Below are positions 10,495 through 23,615 of a stretch of DNA of 64,000 nucleotides, piece after piece. The stretch is from Candidatus Liberibacter ctenarytainae (GTDB lineage: Bacteria > Pseudomonadota > Alphaproteobacteria > Rhizobiales > Rhizobiaceae). Position 1 is the first letter of the stretch. The number at the start of each line of letters is the position of its first letter. Location: the NCBI GenBank assembly GCA_016808295.1, contig SEOL01000005.1:10357-74356 (forward strand), given 5' to 3'. The position numbers and the translations under genes were made by a program. Below the pieces are notes generated by a model. It was not told the DNA's origin. It made no database searches and saw only the letters and a program-made list of their open reading frames with translations.

Positions 10495-12494
10495 GAGATA
10501 TTTCCCTTCAATAGCATCACGATCACCAACATCGACAAGCCTATCAACATAGCAAATGCATAATGATAAAGATATCCTGTTTGCAGACGCCCTGAAAAAG
10601 CAACGAGATAGCGCACACAGACCACCGCTCCAGTTGGCCCACATCTATCTATCAATGAATCAACAACCTTCCAAAGATTTCTTCCTAAACGCATCGTTGG
10701 ACGGACAATGAGAACATCATAAATCTGATCAAAATACCAAGCATTTTGGAGAAAATGATAAAAACCAGAATATCTTTTAGCTAGTTTTTGAGGAAAAGTC
10801 GGAAAAACAATATACATTACAAAGGCAATAAAAAATCCCATTACAAAAGCCACAAAAGGAGCATACTTCACCCATAAAGGCACAGTATGGTATGCCTTGA
10901 GAATATGATTCTGAGGGGCCGAAAAAAGCGCTCCTTTCCAGAAAGAAGCATATTCGTGTCCAAAAAAGAAATCACGAAAAATAAACCCAAAAAACACCGA
11001 TCCTATAACCAAAAAACAAAGAGGAATCTGCATTACCTTTGGAGAATCATGCGGCTTATGCGCTATATTTTTATCAATCCGCATTTTGCCAAAAAAAGTC
11101 AAAAACATGAGCCGCCATGAATAAAAACTTGTAAAAAAAGCGGCAACTAAAAGAGGAAAAAAAGCAATAAAACGATGTGACGAAACATATGCTACTTCCA
11201 AAATGATATCTTTAGAAAAAAATCCTGAAAAACCAAATTCTGATTCAGGAATCCCAAATCCCGTTAATGCTAGATTACCAAAAAACATCATCAAACATGT
11301 TATGGGAAGATGTTTGTATAATCCACCCATACGACGCATATCTTGCTCTCCAGAAAGCCCGTGTATCACAGATCCTGCTCCTAGAAAAAGCAGAGATTTG
11401 AAAAATGCGTGCGTGAAAAGATGAAAAATAGAAGCCCCATAAGCACCACATCCTAATGCAACAAACATGTATCCTAATTGGGAACAAGTAGAATAGGCTA
11501 TAACGCGCTTAATATCGTGCTGAACAAGACCTACTGTAGCAGCAAAAAAAGCTGTCATAGCCCCAATAATCACCATAAAGTCCAGAATCAATGGAGCAAG
11601 CTCAAACAACGGAGACATTCTCGCCACAAGAAAAACACCTGCTGTTACCATTGTGGCAGCATGAATAAGCGCAGAAACAGGTGTTGGCCCTTCCATCGCA
11701 TCAGGAAGCCAAACATGCAATAAAAATTGTGCAGACTTTCCCATAGCCCCTAGGAAAAACAGAAAACAAATGATCGTAATAGCAGTATGCGGATGTGCCT
11801 CCATTCCAAAAAAAATCAGATTTTTATGTGAAATAATCCCCGCACCAGTAGAATTTTCTATCTTCCAATAATCAGAAGCTTTCTGAAAAATTGAATCAAA
11901 TTCCACTGTATCAAAAAGATAGATTATTGCAGAAATTGCAAGAATAAGACCTAAATCCCCTATTCTATTGACAATAAAAGCCTTCATAGAGGCTTGCAGT
12001 GCAGATTGCTTGGAAAACCAAAATCCAATCAGCAAATAAGACGCAAGACCAACCCCCTCCCAACCAAAAAACATTTGCAATAGATTATCCGAAGATACTA
12101 ATACAAGCATCGCAAAAGTAAAAAACGATAAATAGCAGAAAAACCGTCGGCGGTGTGGATCATCATGCATATACCCAATGGAATAAACATGAACCACTGC
12201 AGAAATAGAGCTAATGACCACAAACATAACAGAAGTAAGGGTATCTATACGCAATCCCCAATATACATCAATGCTATCAAATTGAATCCAATGCAATATT
12301 TGATGTTTTATAACCTGAAATTCATTGATATTTTTAAAGCCTATTTCATAAAAAACATACCATGATAGCAATGCCACTATCACCATAATCCCAGAAGTAC
12401 AAATTTCAGGAAATCTTTTTCCTATCCAACGGCTGAAAAATCCAGAAAAAACTGCGCCTATAAGAGGAAGGAAAACGATGGATTCATAAATCAT
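10491..12494 (-). CDS. nuoL: NADH-quinone oxidoreductase subunit L
   Basis: 667 aa. It has an antiporter-like core plus the C-terminal lateral-helix region. Position in the operon supports the call. Confidence 0.95.
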   Translation of the reverse strand: MIYESIVFLPLIGAVFSGFFSRWIGKRFPEICTSGIMVIVALLSWYVFYEIGFKNINEFQVIKHQILHWIQFDSIDVYWGLRIDTLTSVMFVVISSISAVVHVYSIGYMHDDPHRRRFFCYLSFFTFAMLVLVSSDNLLQMFFGWEGVGLASYLLIGFWFSKQSALQASMKAFIVNRIGDLGLILAISAIIYLFDTVEFDSIFQKASDYWKIENSTGAGIISHKNLIFFGMEAHPHTAITIICFLFFLGAMGKSAQFLLHVWLPDAMEGPTPVSALIHAATMVTAGVFLVARMSPLFELAPLILDFMVIIGAMTAFFAATVGLVQHDIKRVIAYSTCSQLGYMFVALGCGAYGASIFHLFTHAFFKSLLFLGAGSVIHGLSGEQDMRRMGGLYKHLPITCLMMFFGNLALTGFGIPESEFGFSGFFSKDIILEVAYVSSHRFIAFFPLLVAAFFTSFYSWRLMFLTFFGKMRIDKNIAHKPHDSPKVMQIPLCFLVIGSVFFGFIFRDFFFGHEYASFWKGALFSAPQNHILKAYHTVPLWVKYAPFVAFVMGFFIAFVMYIVFPTFPQKLAKRYSGFYHFLQNAWYFDQIYDVLIVRPTMRLGRNLWKVVDSLIDRCGPTGAVVCVRYLVAFSGRLQTGYLYHYAFAMLIGLSMLVIVMLLKGNIS

Positions 12495-12503
12495 AGCGAT
12501 AAA

Positions 12504-12812
12504 TCAACCCTTCATCTTATTAAAATCGTCAACAGCAATCGATCCACGGTTTCTATAAAAAACCACTAAAATAGCAAGACCGATAGAAGTTTCAGCAGCA
12601 GCGACCACTAAAATAAACAAAGAAAATACTTGACCAACGACATCCTGCATATAGGCAGAAAAAGCAACCATATTTAAATTAATGGCTAAGAGCATAATCT
12701 CTATCGACATCAGTATCGTAATAATGCTTTTTCGATTTAAAAAAACTCCAGAAACACCTATTACAAATAGAATAGCCGCAACAATTAAATAATAAGAAAG
12801 GCTTATAATCAT
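12504..12812 (-). CDS. nuoK: NADH-quinone oxidoreductase subunit K
   Basis: 102 aa with 3 TM helices and the conserved ...[15 protein letters not shown]... motif. Confidence 0.95.
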   Translation of the reverse strand: MIISLSYYLIVAAILFVIGVSGVFLNRKSIITILMSIEIMLLAINLNMVAFSAYMQDVVGQVFSLFILVVAAAETSIGLAILVVFYRNRGSIAVDDFNKMKG

Positions 12813-13397
12813 TTACATCCCCTGTCCCGATTTTACTTTAACTATTTCAACAGAATTTTCAGGATGCCTCCCTAATTGTTTAGAAACATCTTGTCTCTTA
12901 ACGCCTTGACGATGATGGAGTGTTAATACAATTGCACCCACCATGGATAATAACAAAATAAATCCGGCTATTTGTAAATGGTAAGCATAATCTGTATACA
13001 AGACTCGGCCAATATATTCGGTATTATCATTTCTTAAAACCAATGAAGATATCTCACCATCTGCACCAAAAACCATCAAATTACTTGCGCCTATCACTAA
13101 TTCAACAGCTAAAATTCCTATAAAAAATGCCCCTAAAAAACCAGGCTTGATTCTCGGCTTTGCCTCTTCGACATCAGTATCAACCATCATTATAACAAAA
13201 AGGAAAAGAACAACTATTGCCCCAACATAAACTGCTATAGTAATCATTGCGATAAATTCTGCCCCTAGAAGGAGGAAAAGACCCGCAGAATTCAAAAAAG
13301 CAAAAATAAGAAAAAAGACAGAATAGACAGAATTACGTGCTGTAATAACCAGAAACGAAGATGCAATCGTCATAAAGGAAAAAAGATAAAAAAACAA
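12813..13397 (-). CDS. nuoJ: NADH-quinone oxidoreductase subunit J
   Basis: 194-aa membrane protein between nuoI and nuoK, abutting the nuoK start. Confidence 0.9.
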   Translation of the reverse strand: MFFYLFSFMTIASSFLVITARNSVYSVFFLIFAFLNSAGLFLLLGAEFIAMITIAVYVGAIVVLFLFVIMMVDTDVEEAKPRIKPGFLGAFFIGILAVELVIGASNLMVFGADGEISSLVLRNDNTEYIGRVLYTDYAYHLQIAGFILLLSMVGAIVLTLHHRQGVKRQDVSKQLGRHPENSVEIVKVKSGQGM

Positions 13398-13462
13398 AGA
13401 TCATACCCCCATTCACATGCTCCTTCTCACTTTACGAGAAAAAACCATAACAACAATCAAAT

Positions 13463-13954
13463 TTAGCGATAAGGAGAATCAATCATAATATTACGAACAA
13501 TTTCACTTTCCCACCTGTCACCATTATCAAGCAGACGCTCTTTATCATAGTAAAGCTCTTTACGAGTTTCGGTCGCAAATTCAAAATTTGGACCTTGTAC
13601 GATAGCATCAACCGGACAGGATTCCTGGCAAAAACCACAATAAATACACTTGATCATATCTATATCATAACGCACAGTCCGGCGTGTTTCATCACTCAAA
13701 CGAGGGCCTGCCTCTATCGTAATAGCCTGCGCAGGACAAACAGCTTCGCATAATTTACAAGCTATACATCTTTCCTCACCATTAGGATAACGACGGAGAG
13801 CATGCTCCCCTCTAAAACGAGGACTCATTGGACTTTTTTCAAAAGGATAATTAATTGTAGCCTTAGGCTTAAAAAAATACCGCATAGAAAGACAAAAAGC
13901 TAGAATAAATTCTTTCAGGAAAAGAAAACTGAAATTGTAGTAAAATATTCTCAT
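13463..13954 (-). CDS. nuoI: NADH-quinone oxidoreductase subunit I (2x[4Fe-4S] ferredoxin type)
   Basis: Two CxxCxxCxxxCP motifs ([24 protein letters not shown]). The ORF track starts at 13972. I prefer ATG 13954 (MRIFYY...), which is preceded by AGGAAGGG and gives the usual 163 aa. Confidence 0.9.
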   Translation of the reverse strand: MRIFYYNFSFLFLKEFILAFCLSMRYFFKPKATINYPFEKSPMSPRFRGEHALRRYPNGEERCIACKLCEAVCPAQAITIEAGPRLSDETRRTVRYDIDMIKCIYCGFCQESCPVDAIVQGPNFEFATETRKELYYDKERLLDNGDRWESEIVRNIMIDSPYR

Positions 13955-13978
13955 TTTATCCCTTCCTATCATGGATTA

Positions 13979-15016
13979 TTACATGAACATTTTCAGAAAA
14001 AAAGCAACCAATATAACCATCGAGAATGATATGGGAAGAAAAACCTTCCACCCTAACCGCATTAACTGATCATACCGATAGCGTGGCACAAAGGCTTTCA
14101 CCATTGCAACCATAAAAAATACCCCTAATGTCTTCAGAACAAACCATATAATACCAGGAATGTATTGAAAAATTGGGATATCAACCGGAGGCAACCATCC
14201 CCCCAAAAACAGAATACTTGTTAAAGAACACATCAAAACAATAGTTGAATATTCAGCAAGCATAAACAAAAGATAAGGAGTTGAACCATATTCTACCATA
14301 TAACCAGCAACTAGCTCTGACTCTGCCTCGGGCAAATCAAACGGAGGACGGTTGGTTTCCGCAAGAAGAGAGATAAAAAAAATAACAAACATTGGAAAAA
14401 GAACCAACCAATGCCAATCTAATATTGAAGGTGGAAAACCCCAGGTCGTGCCTAAACCACTTCGCTGCGCATTGACGATATCTGTCAAATTCAATGAACC
14501 CACACATAATAAGACCGTCACAATCACCAGACCAATGGAAACTTCATAAGAAATCATTTGAGCAGCAGAACGCAAAGCACCTAGAAAGGCATATTTCGAA
14601 TTCGATGCCCATCCCCCCATAATAATTCCATAAATCTCTAGAGATGAAATTGCGATAATATAGAGTATTCCAACATTAATATCCGCAATAACCCAACCAT
14701 CTGCTATTGGTACGACAGCCCACGCAGATAGAGATAAAATGACCGCAACAAGTGGAGCCAAAAGAAACAGAAATTTATCAGCTTTATTGGGAATAATGGG
14801 CTCTTTGAATACAAATTTCAAAAGATCAGCAAAAGACTGCAACAATCCGAAAGGTCCTACTACATTAGGACCACGGCGCAACTGAACAGCAGCCCAAATC
14901 TTGCGATCTATAAGCAAGATATATGCAATAAACACCAAAAGACCTACCAAAAATACAATTGATTGAAGCAACATAAACAGTAAAGGTAATAGAAAATCTA
15001 TCGTAGCAGAGAACAT
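13979..15016 (-). CDS. nuoH: NADH-quinone oxidoreductase subunit H
   Basis: 345-aa polytopic protein with [18 protein letters not shown] and [20 protein letters not shown] signatures. Confidence 0.95.
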   Translation of the reverse strand: MFSATIDFLLPLLFMLLQSIVFLVGLLVFIAYILLIDRKIWAAVQLRRGPNVVGPFGLLQSFADLLKFVFKEPIIPNKADKFLFLLAPLVAVILSLSAWAVVPIADGWVIADINVGILYIIAISSLEIYGIIMGGWASNSKYAFLGALRSAAQMISYEVSIGLVIVTVLLCVGSLNLTDIVNAQRSGLGTTWGFPPSILDWHWLVLFPMFVIFFISLLAETNRPPFDLPEAESELVAGYMVEYGSTPYLLFMLAEYSTIVLMCSLTSILFLGGWLPPVDIPIFQYIPGIIWFVLKTLGVFFMVAMVKAFVPRYRYDQLMRLGWKVFLPISFSMVILVAFFLKMFM

Positions 15017-15020
15017 TATC

Positions 15021-17111
15021 CTAATTTCCTTGTTCTACCAAAGAGGGATCATGGTTTTGTGCCACAAGAGAACATTTAGCCATCGTCGCTGATGCCCTTG
15101 CAATAGAATTTCCTAAATAGAAGTTATCTACTGTCGAAATAAATCTTCTGTTTTCCATCCTCTCTGCCCCCTTAGCCAAGGAATAAATACCTTCATTGGA
15201 AGAAACATTAATCTCATTCAATTGCATAAAATGCGGATAAGCAGAATATAAATGAGAACGCAATTGAAGCAAGGAATCAAAAGGCAATCTACATCCCAAT
15301 TGATCAGCAAGAGAACATATAATCTCCCAATCTTCTCTTGCTTCACCTGGAGGAAAATTAGCACGCATTCCCATTTGTACCCTTCCCTCAGTATTAACCC
15401 ATAAACCCGACTTTTCTGTATATGCAGATCCAGGCAATATAACATCAGCAAATTGTGCGCCTCTATCACCATGAGAGCCTATATATACGGTGAAAGCAGT
15501 CTTATGATCAAAATCCAACTCGTCCGCACCCAACAAAAATACGACATCCATCTTCTGAAGAAGATTCATGGCATTTAAACGATTATCAGACGGAACAAAA
15601 CCCAAGTCCAGAGCTCCAACACGCGCGGCAGAAGTATGCAAAACGGCAAATCCATTCCATGAATCAGTCACCGCTCCAACATTAATGGCCAATTGGGCAG
15701 CATTAGCCAAAACTTTAAAACCTTCTGATGAATCCTTAAGAGCTCCTTGCCCTACCATAATCAAAGGCTTTTGAACATTTTTCAACGTTTCAACAAAAGA
15801 ATGCTTTCCTGCGACAAGATCAGCCAATACCTCACTTCCAGACCCTAAATGCTCATAACTATATCGTAAATCTATATTCTCGCCAACAACCGCTATTGGA
15901 AAATTGCCACGTCTCCAACGTTTTCGAATACGTGCATTCAAAATAGCCGCCTCCGAACGAGGATTAGATCCAATAATCAACATTGCCCCAGATTCGTCAA
16001 TTCCTCGAATAGTCGGATTGAATATATAACCAGAACGACCATGCAAGGGATTTATAAAGGCTCCGTCTTGCCTGCAATCATAATTATCAGACTTTAAAGC
16101 ATTCATCAAAAGCTTAAGCGCGTATATCTCCTCAACAGAGGAAAAATCTCCTGCTATCGCCCCTAACTTTGCCCCACAAGACAATACAGCTGATTTGATT
16201 GCTTTAAAAGCATCATCCCAACCAACAGAGCACAAACGCCCATTCATGCGAACGTAAGGGCAATCAAGCCTCTGGGTTTTAAGCCCATCATAAATAAAAC
16301 GGGTTTTATCTGATATCCATTCCTCATTAATAGATTCGTTGACACGAGGCAAAATTCTCATCACTTCACGCCCACGTGTATCAATCCTAATCGCAGAACC
16401 GAGAGCATCCATGACATCTATACTGTCAGTTTTGGTAAGCTCCCACGGGCGACCAGTAAACGCAAATGGTTTTGAGGTTAAGGCACCAACAGGACACAGA
16501 TCAATTATGTTCCCTTGCAGCTCTGATTCCAAAGATTGTTCCAGATACGTGGTAATCTCCGCATCTTCACCTCTTCCAATCAATCCAAGCTCTGAAATTC
16601 CCGCAACTTCCGTGATAAAACGCACACAACGCGTACAATGAATACAACGATTCATGACTGTTTTTACCAATGGGCCAATACTTTTATCTGTAACAGCTCT
16701 CTTCCCACCACCATAACGAGAAGAACCAACCCCAAAAAACATCGCTTGATCTTGAAGATCACACTCTCCTCCCTGATCACAGATAGGACAATCTAATGGA
16801 TGATTGATAAGGAGAAATTCTAATACACCTGCTCGCGATTTCTGAACCATAGCCGTCTTGGTAAAAATTTCAGGCAATTCACCATTAGGGCCCCCACGTA
16901 AATCAAGAACATTCATCGCACAAGACGCCTGAGGTTTCGGAGGACCACCCTTTACTTCCACCAAACACATGCGACAATTACCAGCAACAGACAATCTCTC
17001 ATGGAAACAAAAACGAGGGATCTCAGCACCCGCAGCCTCACAAGCCTGCAGAAGTGTAAAACTATTAGGAACTTCAACCTCTATACCATCAACTTTTAAT
17101 CGCACCATCAT
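15021..17111 (-). CDS. nuoG: NADH-quinone oxidoreductase subunit G
   Basis: 696 aa with an N-terminal 2Fe-2S ferredoxin fold, [18 protein letters not shown] and [10 protein letters not shown] cluster motifs, and a molybdopterin-like domain. Confidence 0.95.
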   Translation of the reverse strand: MMVRLKVDGIEVEVPNSFTLLQACEAAGAEIPRFCFHERLSVAGNCRMCLVEVKGGPPKPQASCAMNVLDLRGGPNGELPEIFTKTAMVQKSRAGVLEFLLINHPLDCPICDQGGECDLQDQAMFFGVGSSRYGGGKRAVTDKSIGPLVKTVMNRCIHCTRCVRFITEVAGISELGLIGRGEDAEITTYLEQSLESELQGNIIDLCPVGALTSKPFAFTGRPWELTKTDSIDVMDALGSAIRIDTRGREVMRILPRVNESINEEWISDKTRFIYDGLKTQRLDCPYVRMNGRLCSVGWDDAFKAIKSAVLSCGAKLGAIAGDFSSVEEIYALKLLMNALKSDNYDCRQDGAFINPLHGRSGYIFNPTIRGIDESGAMLIIGSNPRSEAAILNARIRKRWRRGNFPIAVVGENIDLRYSYEHLGSGSEVLADLVAGKHSFVETLKNVQKPLIMVGQGALKDSSEGFKVLANAAQLAINVGAVTDSWNGFAVLHTSAARVGALDLGFVPSDNRLNAMNLLQKMDVVFLLGADELDFDHKTAFTVYIGSHGDRGAQFADVILPGSAYTEKSGLWVNTEGRVQMGMRANFPPGEAREDWEIICSLADQLGCRLPFDSLLQLRSHLYSAYPHFMQLNEINVSSNEGIYSLAKGAERMENRRFISTVDNFYLGNSIARASATMAKCSLVAQNHDPSLVEQGN

Positions 17112-17201
17112 TTACAGAGACCATTTCAAAAAAGAATATCCTACAAAATACTTTAGTTATATCCACCCCCTAAACTTATAACAGGACTGAAACTCATTCT
17201 A

Positions 17202-18476
17202 TCAGATACCATGAGCAGTATACTGATCAATACGCTCTTCAATGACGTGTCGAAAATGCCTTATCAACCCCTGTATCGGCCATGCTGCAGCATCACCAAG
17301 AGCGCAAATTGTACGACCTTCTATATTTTTACTCACATCCAACAACATATCAATTTCATGTTTTTGAGCCGCACCCCTAACCATACGCTCCATTACCCGC
17401 ATCATCCATCCAGAACCTTCACGACAAGGTGTACACTGACCACAACTTTCGTGTTTGTAAAAAACAGACAAACGCCATATCGCTTTAATAATATCTGTCG
17501 ATTTATCCATCACGATAATAGCAGCAGTTCCTAATCCTGACCCAAGTTCTTTCAAACCATCATAATCCATTACAGCATTTCTCATCTTCTCTCCTGGAAC
17601 ACAAGGAACAGAAGACCCTCCTGGAATAACGGCCAAAAGATTGTCCCATCCTCCTCTTATGCCACCACAATGCCTCTCAATGATCTCCTCAAAAGGTATA
17701 GACATAGATTCCTCAACAGTGCATGGATAATGAACATGACCTGATATAGAAAAAAGCTTGGTACCTCTATTATTCTCACGACCAAATCCAGCATACCAAT
17801 GTTTACCACGTCGCAAAATCGTAGGTACCACTGCAATTGATTCAACATTGTTAACCGTTGTAGGACAACCATATAAACCCACATTGGCAGGAAAAGGAGG
17901 TTTAAGACGAGGCTGCCCCTTTTTTCCCTCAAGACTCTCAAGAAGAGCCGTTTCCTCTCCACATATATAAGCCCCCGCACCATGGTGGATGATAATATTA
18001 ACATCATAACCAAGCTTACTATTCCGACCTAAAAGACCCTCCGCATAACACTCATCTACCGCTTTCTGCAATGATTCTCTTTCCCGAAAAAACTCTCCAC
18101 GAACATAAATAAAAGCACAATTCGCTCCTATAGCAAAGGAAGCGATAACAGTACCCTCAATCAGCGTATGCGGCTCATGCCTCATGATATCACGATCTTT
18201 ACATGTTCCAGGCTCAGATTCATCTGCATTAACAACAAGATAATGCGGTCGATCTGAACATACTTTCGGCATAAAAGACCACTTCATTCCTGTTGAAAAA
18301 CCCGCGCCACCACGGCCACGTAAACCAGATTCCTTTATTTCATTAATAATCCAATCGCGACCCTTTTCTAAAATTTTCTTAGTGTCACACCAATGTCCTC
18401 TTACCATAGATTGCTTAAGAGAACTATCCTTCAATCCATATAGATTGGTAAAAATACGATCTTGATCTCTTAACAT
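17202..18476 (-). CDS. nuoF: NADH-quinone oxidoreductase subunit F (NADH/FMN-binding)
   Basis: 424 aa with [32 protein letters not shown] and [12 protein letters not shown] motifs. Confidence 0.95.
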   Translation of the reverse strand: MLRDQDRIFTNLYGLKDSSLKQSMVRGHWCDTKKILEKGRDWIINEIKESGLRGRGGAGFSTGMKWSFMPKVCSDRPHYLVVNADESEPGTCKDRDIMRHEPHTLIEGTVIASFAIGANCAFIYVRGEFFRERESLQKAVDECYAEGLLGRNSKLGYDVNIIIHHGAGAYICGEETALLESLEGKKGQPRLKPPFPANVGLYGCPTTVNNVESIAVVPTILRRGKHWYAGFGRENNRGTKLFSISGHVHYPCTVEESMSIPFEEIIERHCGGIRGGWDNLLAVIPGGSSVPCVPGEKMRNAVMDYDGLKELGSGLGTAAIIVMDKSTDIIKAIWRLSVFYKHESCGQCTPCREGSGWMMRVMERMVRGAAQKHEIDMLLDVSKNIEGRTICALGDAAAWPIQGLIRHFRHVIEERIDQYTAHGI

Positions 18477-18683
18477 ATTCAGACTTTCTTTATCATGCCA
18501 AAAGAATTGCTCCGGACATCTTCAAAAACCCCATTCCTTCGCATTTTTGTCCTTAAAACTCATAATTTTCTACACTATCAACTTTAAAATTATCTATATT
18601 TCTTATAATTAAATCGCAAAATTGAATTAAAAACACTAATATACTGTTGAAGAAAATTTGATTATCCACATATCCAATATTCC

Positions 18684-19328
18684 TCATTCTTTATCGCCCC
18701 TTCTCTTCTCCTCCAATCCACCCTCAAGAAGAGACGTCAACCCTCCAGCAGGAGCAGAACGTATCCGATCAATTTGAGGTCCAGGCTGTATAGAACCACC
18801 ATTTCCTGAAGAAAATGCATCTATAATCTCTTCTAAACGCTCTGGTGTTAAATCTTCATATGTATCTTTCCCAATCATAACCATGGGCGCATTGACACAT
18901 GCACCTTGGCATTCAACTTCTTCCCATGATAAAGTTCCGTCACCATTTCTATGAAATGGCTTTTGATGAATCTTATTGCGACATACATTGATTAAATCTT
19001 CACACCCCCGCAGCATGCATGGAGTGGTTCCACAAACCTGAACATGGGCACACGTTCCAACCGGACTCAATTGAAATTGTGTATAAAAAGTTACAATTTC
19101 AAGAACACGAATGTATGCCATACCAAGCATATTGGCAACCACTTCAATCGCCGCACGACTAATCCACCCTTCTTGTTCTTGCGCACGCATCAATAACGGA
19201 AGAACTGCAGACTGAACCCGCATCGGGGGATATTTGCGCATAGTCTCATTAGCCCAAGCAATATTTTCTTCATTAAAAGAAAAAGAGGATGGCTGAATTT
19301 TCTGCTCTGCCAATCGACGTATAGACAT
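18684..19328 (-). CDS. nuoE: NADH-quinone oxidoreductase subunit E
   Basis: 214 aa with 2Fe-2S thioredoxin-like motifs (VQVCGTTPCMLRG; ECQGACVNAPM). Confidence 0.9.
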   Translation of the reverse strand: MSIRRLAEQKIQPSSFSFNEENIAWANETMRKYPPMRVQSAVLPLLMRAQEQEGWISRAAIEVVANMLGMAYIRVLEIVTFYTQFQLSPVGTCAHVQVCGTTPCMLRGCEDLINVCRNKIHQKPFHRNGDGTLSWEEVECQGACVNAPMVMIGKDTYEDLTPERLEEIIDAFSSGNGGSIQPGPQIDRIRSAPAGGLTSLLEGGLEEKRRGDKE

Positions 19329-19388
19329 ATTTCTTCAAGCCCTTATCAAATTCGATATCAATACAACAATCCTATCATTATGCACAAT

Positions 19389-20582
19389 TCATCTATCAAT
19401 TTCACCCAAAACAATATCCAAAGACCCTAAAATTGCAGAGACATCTGCCAATTGATGGCCCTTGCACAAAAAATCCATAGCCTGAAGGTGCGCATACCCA
19501 GGCGAACGAATCTTACATCGATATGGTTTATTACTTCCATCAGCAATTAAATAAACCCCAAATTCTCCTTTAGGAGCCTCTACAGCTGCATATACTTCCC
19601 CAACAGGAACATGATATCCTTCAGTATAAAGCTTAAAATGATGTATCAACGCTTCCATGGAACGCTTCATCTCCGCGCGTTTTGGTGGAACAATTTTTTC
19701 ATTAGAAGAAGATACAGGACCCACTTTATTTTCCCCAAGCAACCGATCAACACACTGTCGTATGATTTTTACAGATTCACGCATCTCCAACATGCGCACA
19801 AGATAGCGATCATAACAATCTCCATTTTTTCCAATCGGAATATCAAAATCTAGATCTGAATAACATTCATAGGGCTGAGATTTACGCAAATCCCAGGCAG
19901 CGCCAGATCCACGAATCATGACTCCGGAAAAACCTAATCCCCACGCATCTTCTAGTTTGACAGTTCCAATATCAACATTACGTTGCTTAAATATACGATT
20001 TTCAGTCAATAGATTATTAATATCATCAAGAACTTTTGGAAAAGAATCGCTCCAATAACCAATATCTTCTACCAACGAAGGTGGGATATCTTGATGCACG
20101 CCTCCAGGACGAAAATATGCTGCATGCATACGCGATCCAGAAGCAGATTCATAAAAACACATTAGTTTTTCTCTCTCTTCAAAACCCCAAAGAGGAGGAG
20201 TTAACGCCCCAACATCCATCGCTTGAGTAGTCACGTTCAATATATGAGAAAGAATACGTCCGATCTCAGAAAAAAGAACTCGAATTAATTGCCCTCGTAT
20301 TGGAATTTTAATTCCGAGCAATTTTTCAACCGCCAAAGCATAAGCATGCTCTTGATTCATTGGAGCTACATAATCAAGACGATCAAAATATGGAACTGCT
20401 TGTAAAAAAGTCTTTGTCTCAATAAGTTTCTCAGTTCCTCTATGCAAAAGACCTATATGGGCATCAATCCGCTCTACAACCTCACCATCAAGATCAACAA
20501 TCAGCCGTAAAACACCATGTGCAGCAGGATGCTGCGGACCAAAATTCACAGTAAAAGAGCGCGACTTCTTCTCATCCATCAA
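19389..20582 (-). CDS. nuoD: NADH-quinone oxidoreductase subunit D
   Basis: 397 aa with [15 protein letters not shown] and [12 protein letters not shown] signatures. Confidence 0.95.
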   Translation of the reverse strand: MMDEKKSRSFTVNFGPQHPAAHGVLRLIVDLDGEVVERIDAHIGLLHRGTEKLIETKTFLQAVPYFDRLDYVAPMNQEHAYALAVEKLLGIKIPIRGQLIRVLFSEIGRILSHILNVTTQAMDVGALTPPLWGFEEREKLMCFYESASGSRMHAAYFRPGGVHQDIPPSLVEDIGYWSDSFPKVLDDINNLLTENRIFKQRNVDIGTVKLEDAWGLGFSGVMIRGSGAAWDLRKSQPYECYSDLDFDIPIGKNGDCYDRYLVRMLEMRESVKIIRQCVDRLLGENKVGPVSSSNEKIVPPKRAEMKRSMEALIHHFKLYTEGYHVPVGEVYAAVEAPKGEFGVYLIADGSNKPYRCKIRSPGYAHLQAMDFLCKGHQLADVSAILGSLDIVLGEIDR

Positions 20583-20615
20583 TTATGGGCTCCAATCCTC
20601 AAAAAAATATTCGTT

Positions 20616-21227
20616 CTATGACAACTTATCAGTTTCATCTTTCTCTCTATAAGACAAAGATTCATCGCCCTCCCAGGGAGATAAAAAGTCAAAATCACGA
20701 TATTCTTGCATCAATTCTACACGGTCATAAACAACTTTTTTAGACTCATTATCGTAACGAACTTCCAGAAAACCTGTGACCGGAAAATCCTTGCGAAGAG
20801 GATGACCTTCAAAACCATAATCTGTAAGAATACGTCGCAAATCAGGATGCCCCTCAAAAACTATGCCATACATATCCCATACTTCACGTTCAAACCATTC
20901 CGCCCCAGGATATACCTCTACCGACGAAGGAACAGAATCACCTTCAGGAATAGAAATTTTAATACGTATACGCAAATTATGTGTTGGAGATAAAAGATGA
21001 TAAACCACATCAAATCGATTTGTGCGACCCAAAAAATCCACACCACACAAATCTATCATGCTGATAAAAGCACAACGCGGGTCATCCCGAAGAAAGATAA
21101 GCAAAGCAATGAGATCATTGGATTCAACACTTAAAGAGAGTTCCCCCACTGAATTAAAAAAAAGATTCAAAGATCTACCAACAGAATGAACTATATATGC
21201 TCCAAGATCCTCAATCTTACTAACCAC
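20616..21227 (-). CDS. nuoC: NADH-quinone oxidoreductase subunit C
   Basis: 203 aa with [37 protein letters not shown]. Confidence 0.9.
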   Translation of the reverse strand: MVSKIEDLGAYIVHSVGRSLNLFFNSVGELSLSVESNDLIALLIFLRDDPRCAFISMIDLCGVDFLGRTNRFDVVYHLLSPTHNLRIRIKISIPEGDSVPSSVEVYPGAEWFEREVWDMYGIVFEGHPDLRRILTDYGFEGHPLRKDFPVTGFLEVRYDNESKKVVYDRVELMQEYRDFDFLSPWEGDESLSYREKDETDKLS

Positions 21228-21239
21228 GATGCAGCCTTT

Positions 21240-21800
21240 TCAACGTTTTATGCTTCCAACACGACGAATTTTCCTTTGCAACAAAAGAATCCCATACATA
21301 AGAGCTTCCGCCGTTGGGGGGCAGCCCGGAACATAGATATCAACAGGAACAATACGATCACATCCGCGCACAACAGAATATGAATAATGGTAATAACCTC
21401 CACCATTAGCACAAGAACCCATCGATATGACATAACGCGGTTCAGGCATCTGATCATATACCCTGCGAAGTGCTGAAGCCATCTTATTGGTCAATGTGCC
21501 CGCAACAATCATCACATCCGACTGACGCGGCGAAGCTCTTGGCGCAAAACCAAAACGCTCGAGATCATAACGAGGCATAGATGCATGCATCATCTCAACC
21601 GCACAACACGCCAATCCAAAAGTCATCCACATCAATGACCCAGTACGCGCCCAATTTGCCAATTGATCTACCGATGTTACAAGAAATCCTTGATTCGCCA
21701 ACACACTATCATTTCCAGAAAAGCTCTTCTCCTCACCTTGAAATGGATAGAGCTCATTTCCAGTTTGCATCAATCCCACTCCAAAGCTCCCTTTTTCCAT
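21240..21800 (-). CDS. nuoB: NADH-quinone oxidoreductase subunit B
   Basis: [18 protein letters not shown] and CPP cluster-N2 ligand motifs. The start is uncertain. ATG 21800 overlaps nuoA by 31 nt. The alternative ATG 21770 (MQTGNE...) overlaps the nuoA stop by 1 nt. Confidence 0.9.
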   Translation of the reverse strand: MEKGSFGVGLMQTGNELYPFQGEEKSFSGNDSVLANQGFLVTSVDQLANWARTGSLMWMTFGLACCAVEMMHASMPRYDLERFGFAPRASPRQSDVMIVAGTLTNKMASALRRVYDQMPEPRYVISMGSCANGGGYYHYSYSVVRGCDRIVPVDIYVPGCPPTAEALMYGILLLQRKIRRVGSIKR

Positions 21801-22135
21801 TCATAAATGAAACCAATCATCAACACCCCTAAAAAGATTATCATGGAAAAAAAACCCACCGAACCAATCTTCCTAAAACAAATCGCCCATGGGAATAAAA
21901 AAGCAATTTCCAAATCGAAGATGATAAATAAAATAGATACCAAACAAAACCGAATATCAAATTTCACGCGAGCACTATCAAAAGGATCGAAACCACATTC
22001 ATACGTCGATAATTTATTTGAATCAGGAGATCTAAACGCAAGAAAAAACGGGGCGACCATAAGAGATATCGCTATCACTGACGCAACAACAACAAAGACT
22101 AATATCGGAGCATAAGAAGATAAAAGATCGTGCAT
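21770..22135 (-). CDS. nuoA: NADH-quinone oxidoreductase subunit A
   Basis: 121 aa with 3 TM helices and the YECGFDPF motif. It is the first gene of the operon. Confidence 0.9.
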   Translation of the reverse strand: MHDLLSSYAPILVFVVVASVIAISLMVAPFFLAFRSPDSNKLSTYECGFDPFDSARVKFDIRFCLVSILFIIFDLEIAFLFPWAICFRKIGSVGFFSMIIFLGVLMIGFIYEWKKGALEWD

Positions 22136-22243
22136 CTTGATTTGTTCCTCATCAAAACAGGCGCGTATCCGAAAACACTAAAACGAGTATATTGTCATAA
22201 AAATACAATAAAATTAAATTAAGAAAAAACAAAAATCACAAAA

Positions 22244-22320
<77 letters not shown>

Positions 22321-22643
22321 TTTATATTTCTTTACCGACCACGCCAACAATTCAACACATATTCTATCAGCCTATGTGCATAATCGACGAATATATAAAC
22401 AACGAAACTAATCTCTCATGGATAATGTAGTACAAAATTGACAAACAATACAACTAAAATCAATACATATTATCACTTTAAATCAGAAAAATATTCTCCA
22501 CGCATTATACCTTTAGAAGCGAATAAATGCCAGCATGGTCTTCAACGTACCAATCCTTTGATTTATCAACAAGAAATTTTATTGTCACGATATTTTTTGT
22601 TTGCGAACATGGATAAATTGTTATATTAGTATGCTTTGTTAAG

Positions 22644-22718
22644 GGGCGATTAGCTCAGTGGTAGAGCGCCTCGTTTACACCGAGGATGTCGGGAGTTCGA
22701 ATCTCTCATTGCCCACCA
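22644..22718 (+). tRNA. tRNA-Val (anticodon TAC)
   Basis: GGGCGATTAGCTCAGTGGTAGAGCGCCTCGTTTACACCGAGGATGTCGGGAGTTCGAATCTCTCATTGCCCACCA. Acceptor GGGCGAT/ATTGCCC, anticodon stem CCTCG/CGAGG with loop TTTACAC, and encoded CCA. Confidence 0.95.
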
Positions 22719-23580
22719 TTTTCATCTAGGCCCGATAATGTGGTAATAATTGTTGTAGAACAATTTTTCTACCTGAGTTCTTCCTTAATCTAATGAACTC
22801 TCACATAACAATAGATATATTGGCCTCTATATAACGCCTTCTTCAACCGACTGAGAAAACTATTTGCTTCAAGACCTACCATTTATTCTTCCAATGCGTC
22901 AATTCGAACAATGATCAATATTAAAAAACTGCGCTAGAATAACCAAATAAAGATATTATTTAGAATCTAAATGATTTCAGACATTCAATAATTCCTTATA
23001 CTATTATCTTATAGCCAACCTTATAATGCAATCTGCTCTTCAATCAAGTAGAGAAATCTACTTGGTGGGACGCTTTTTTCGATAATTATAAATCAAAACA
23101 CTATCAATGATACCACATAAGATAATTTTTAAACGGAATAAAAAACTACTAAAAAATCATATTCTTGCTGAATTTCCACAAAGATATTATATCTTTTATT
23201 ATAATGCAGAAAATGATTGATTATCACATATTCGAAAACTAGCCATGTAATTTTAGAAAATAAAATACCTCAACCTCCTATCATATCTTGCATATCTTAG
23301 GTCTATTGCACGAAAAAATATTTTCCGTTGAGAGAAAATAATCCTCAAACCATCGCTCAAACACTGTACTTTGCTCTTCACAACTATAAAAGATGACTCA
23401 ATCATATTGATCAAAAATACAACGAAGAATAGGGTTAAACAAAATATTTTACTCGACATATCTTATGTCTCTTCCACCCCTTCTAACTTTGCGTTCATCA
23501 ACACCTAACATAGCAAAACAAACAACGATTATACCATTTTTGACGACGACATAAACATATCGTAGCTTTTATAAGATTAC

Positions 23581-23615
23581 AAAAAAAGGAAGGAAGACTT
23601 TTAAATCTTCCCTCC
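23581..23615 (-). terminator. Rho-independent terminator of groESL
   Basis: On the minus strand, 35 nt after the groEL stop, the sequence is GGAGGGAAGA-(8-nt loop)-TCTTCCTTCC followed by TTTTTTT. The stem is 10 bp with one G-U pair. Confidence 0.8.

Noticed and set aside
10495-10644. 50-codon N-terminal extension of the nuoM ORF
   Set aside because: It lies entirely inside nuoL in another frame, and its sequence (MWANWSGGLCALSRC...) is not NuoM-like. The internal ATG at 10494 gives the canonical ATGA stop/start overlap and the normal protein length.
18662-18670. Perfect DnaA-box consensus TTATCCACA in the unusually long (207-bp) nuoE-nuoF spacer
   Set aside because: It is a single box with no cluster of further boxes, no adjacent AT-rich DUE repeats and no ori-linked genes. 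A lone 9-mer match is expected by chance in 64 kb. Spacers or small ORFs between nuoE and nuoF are common in Rhizobiales.
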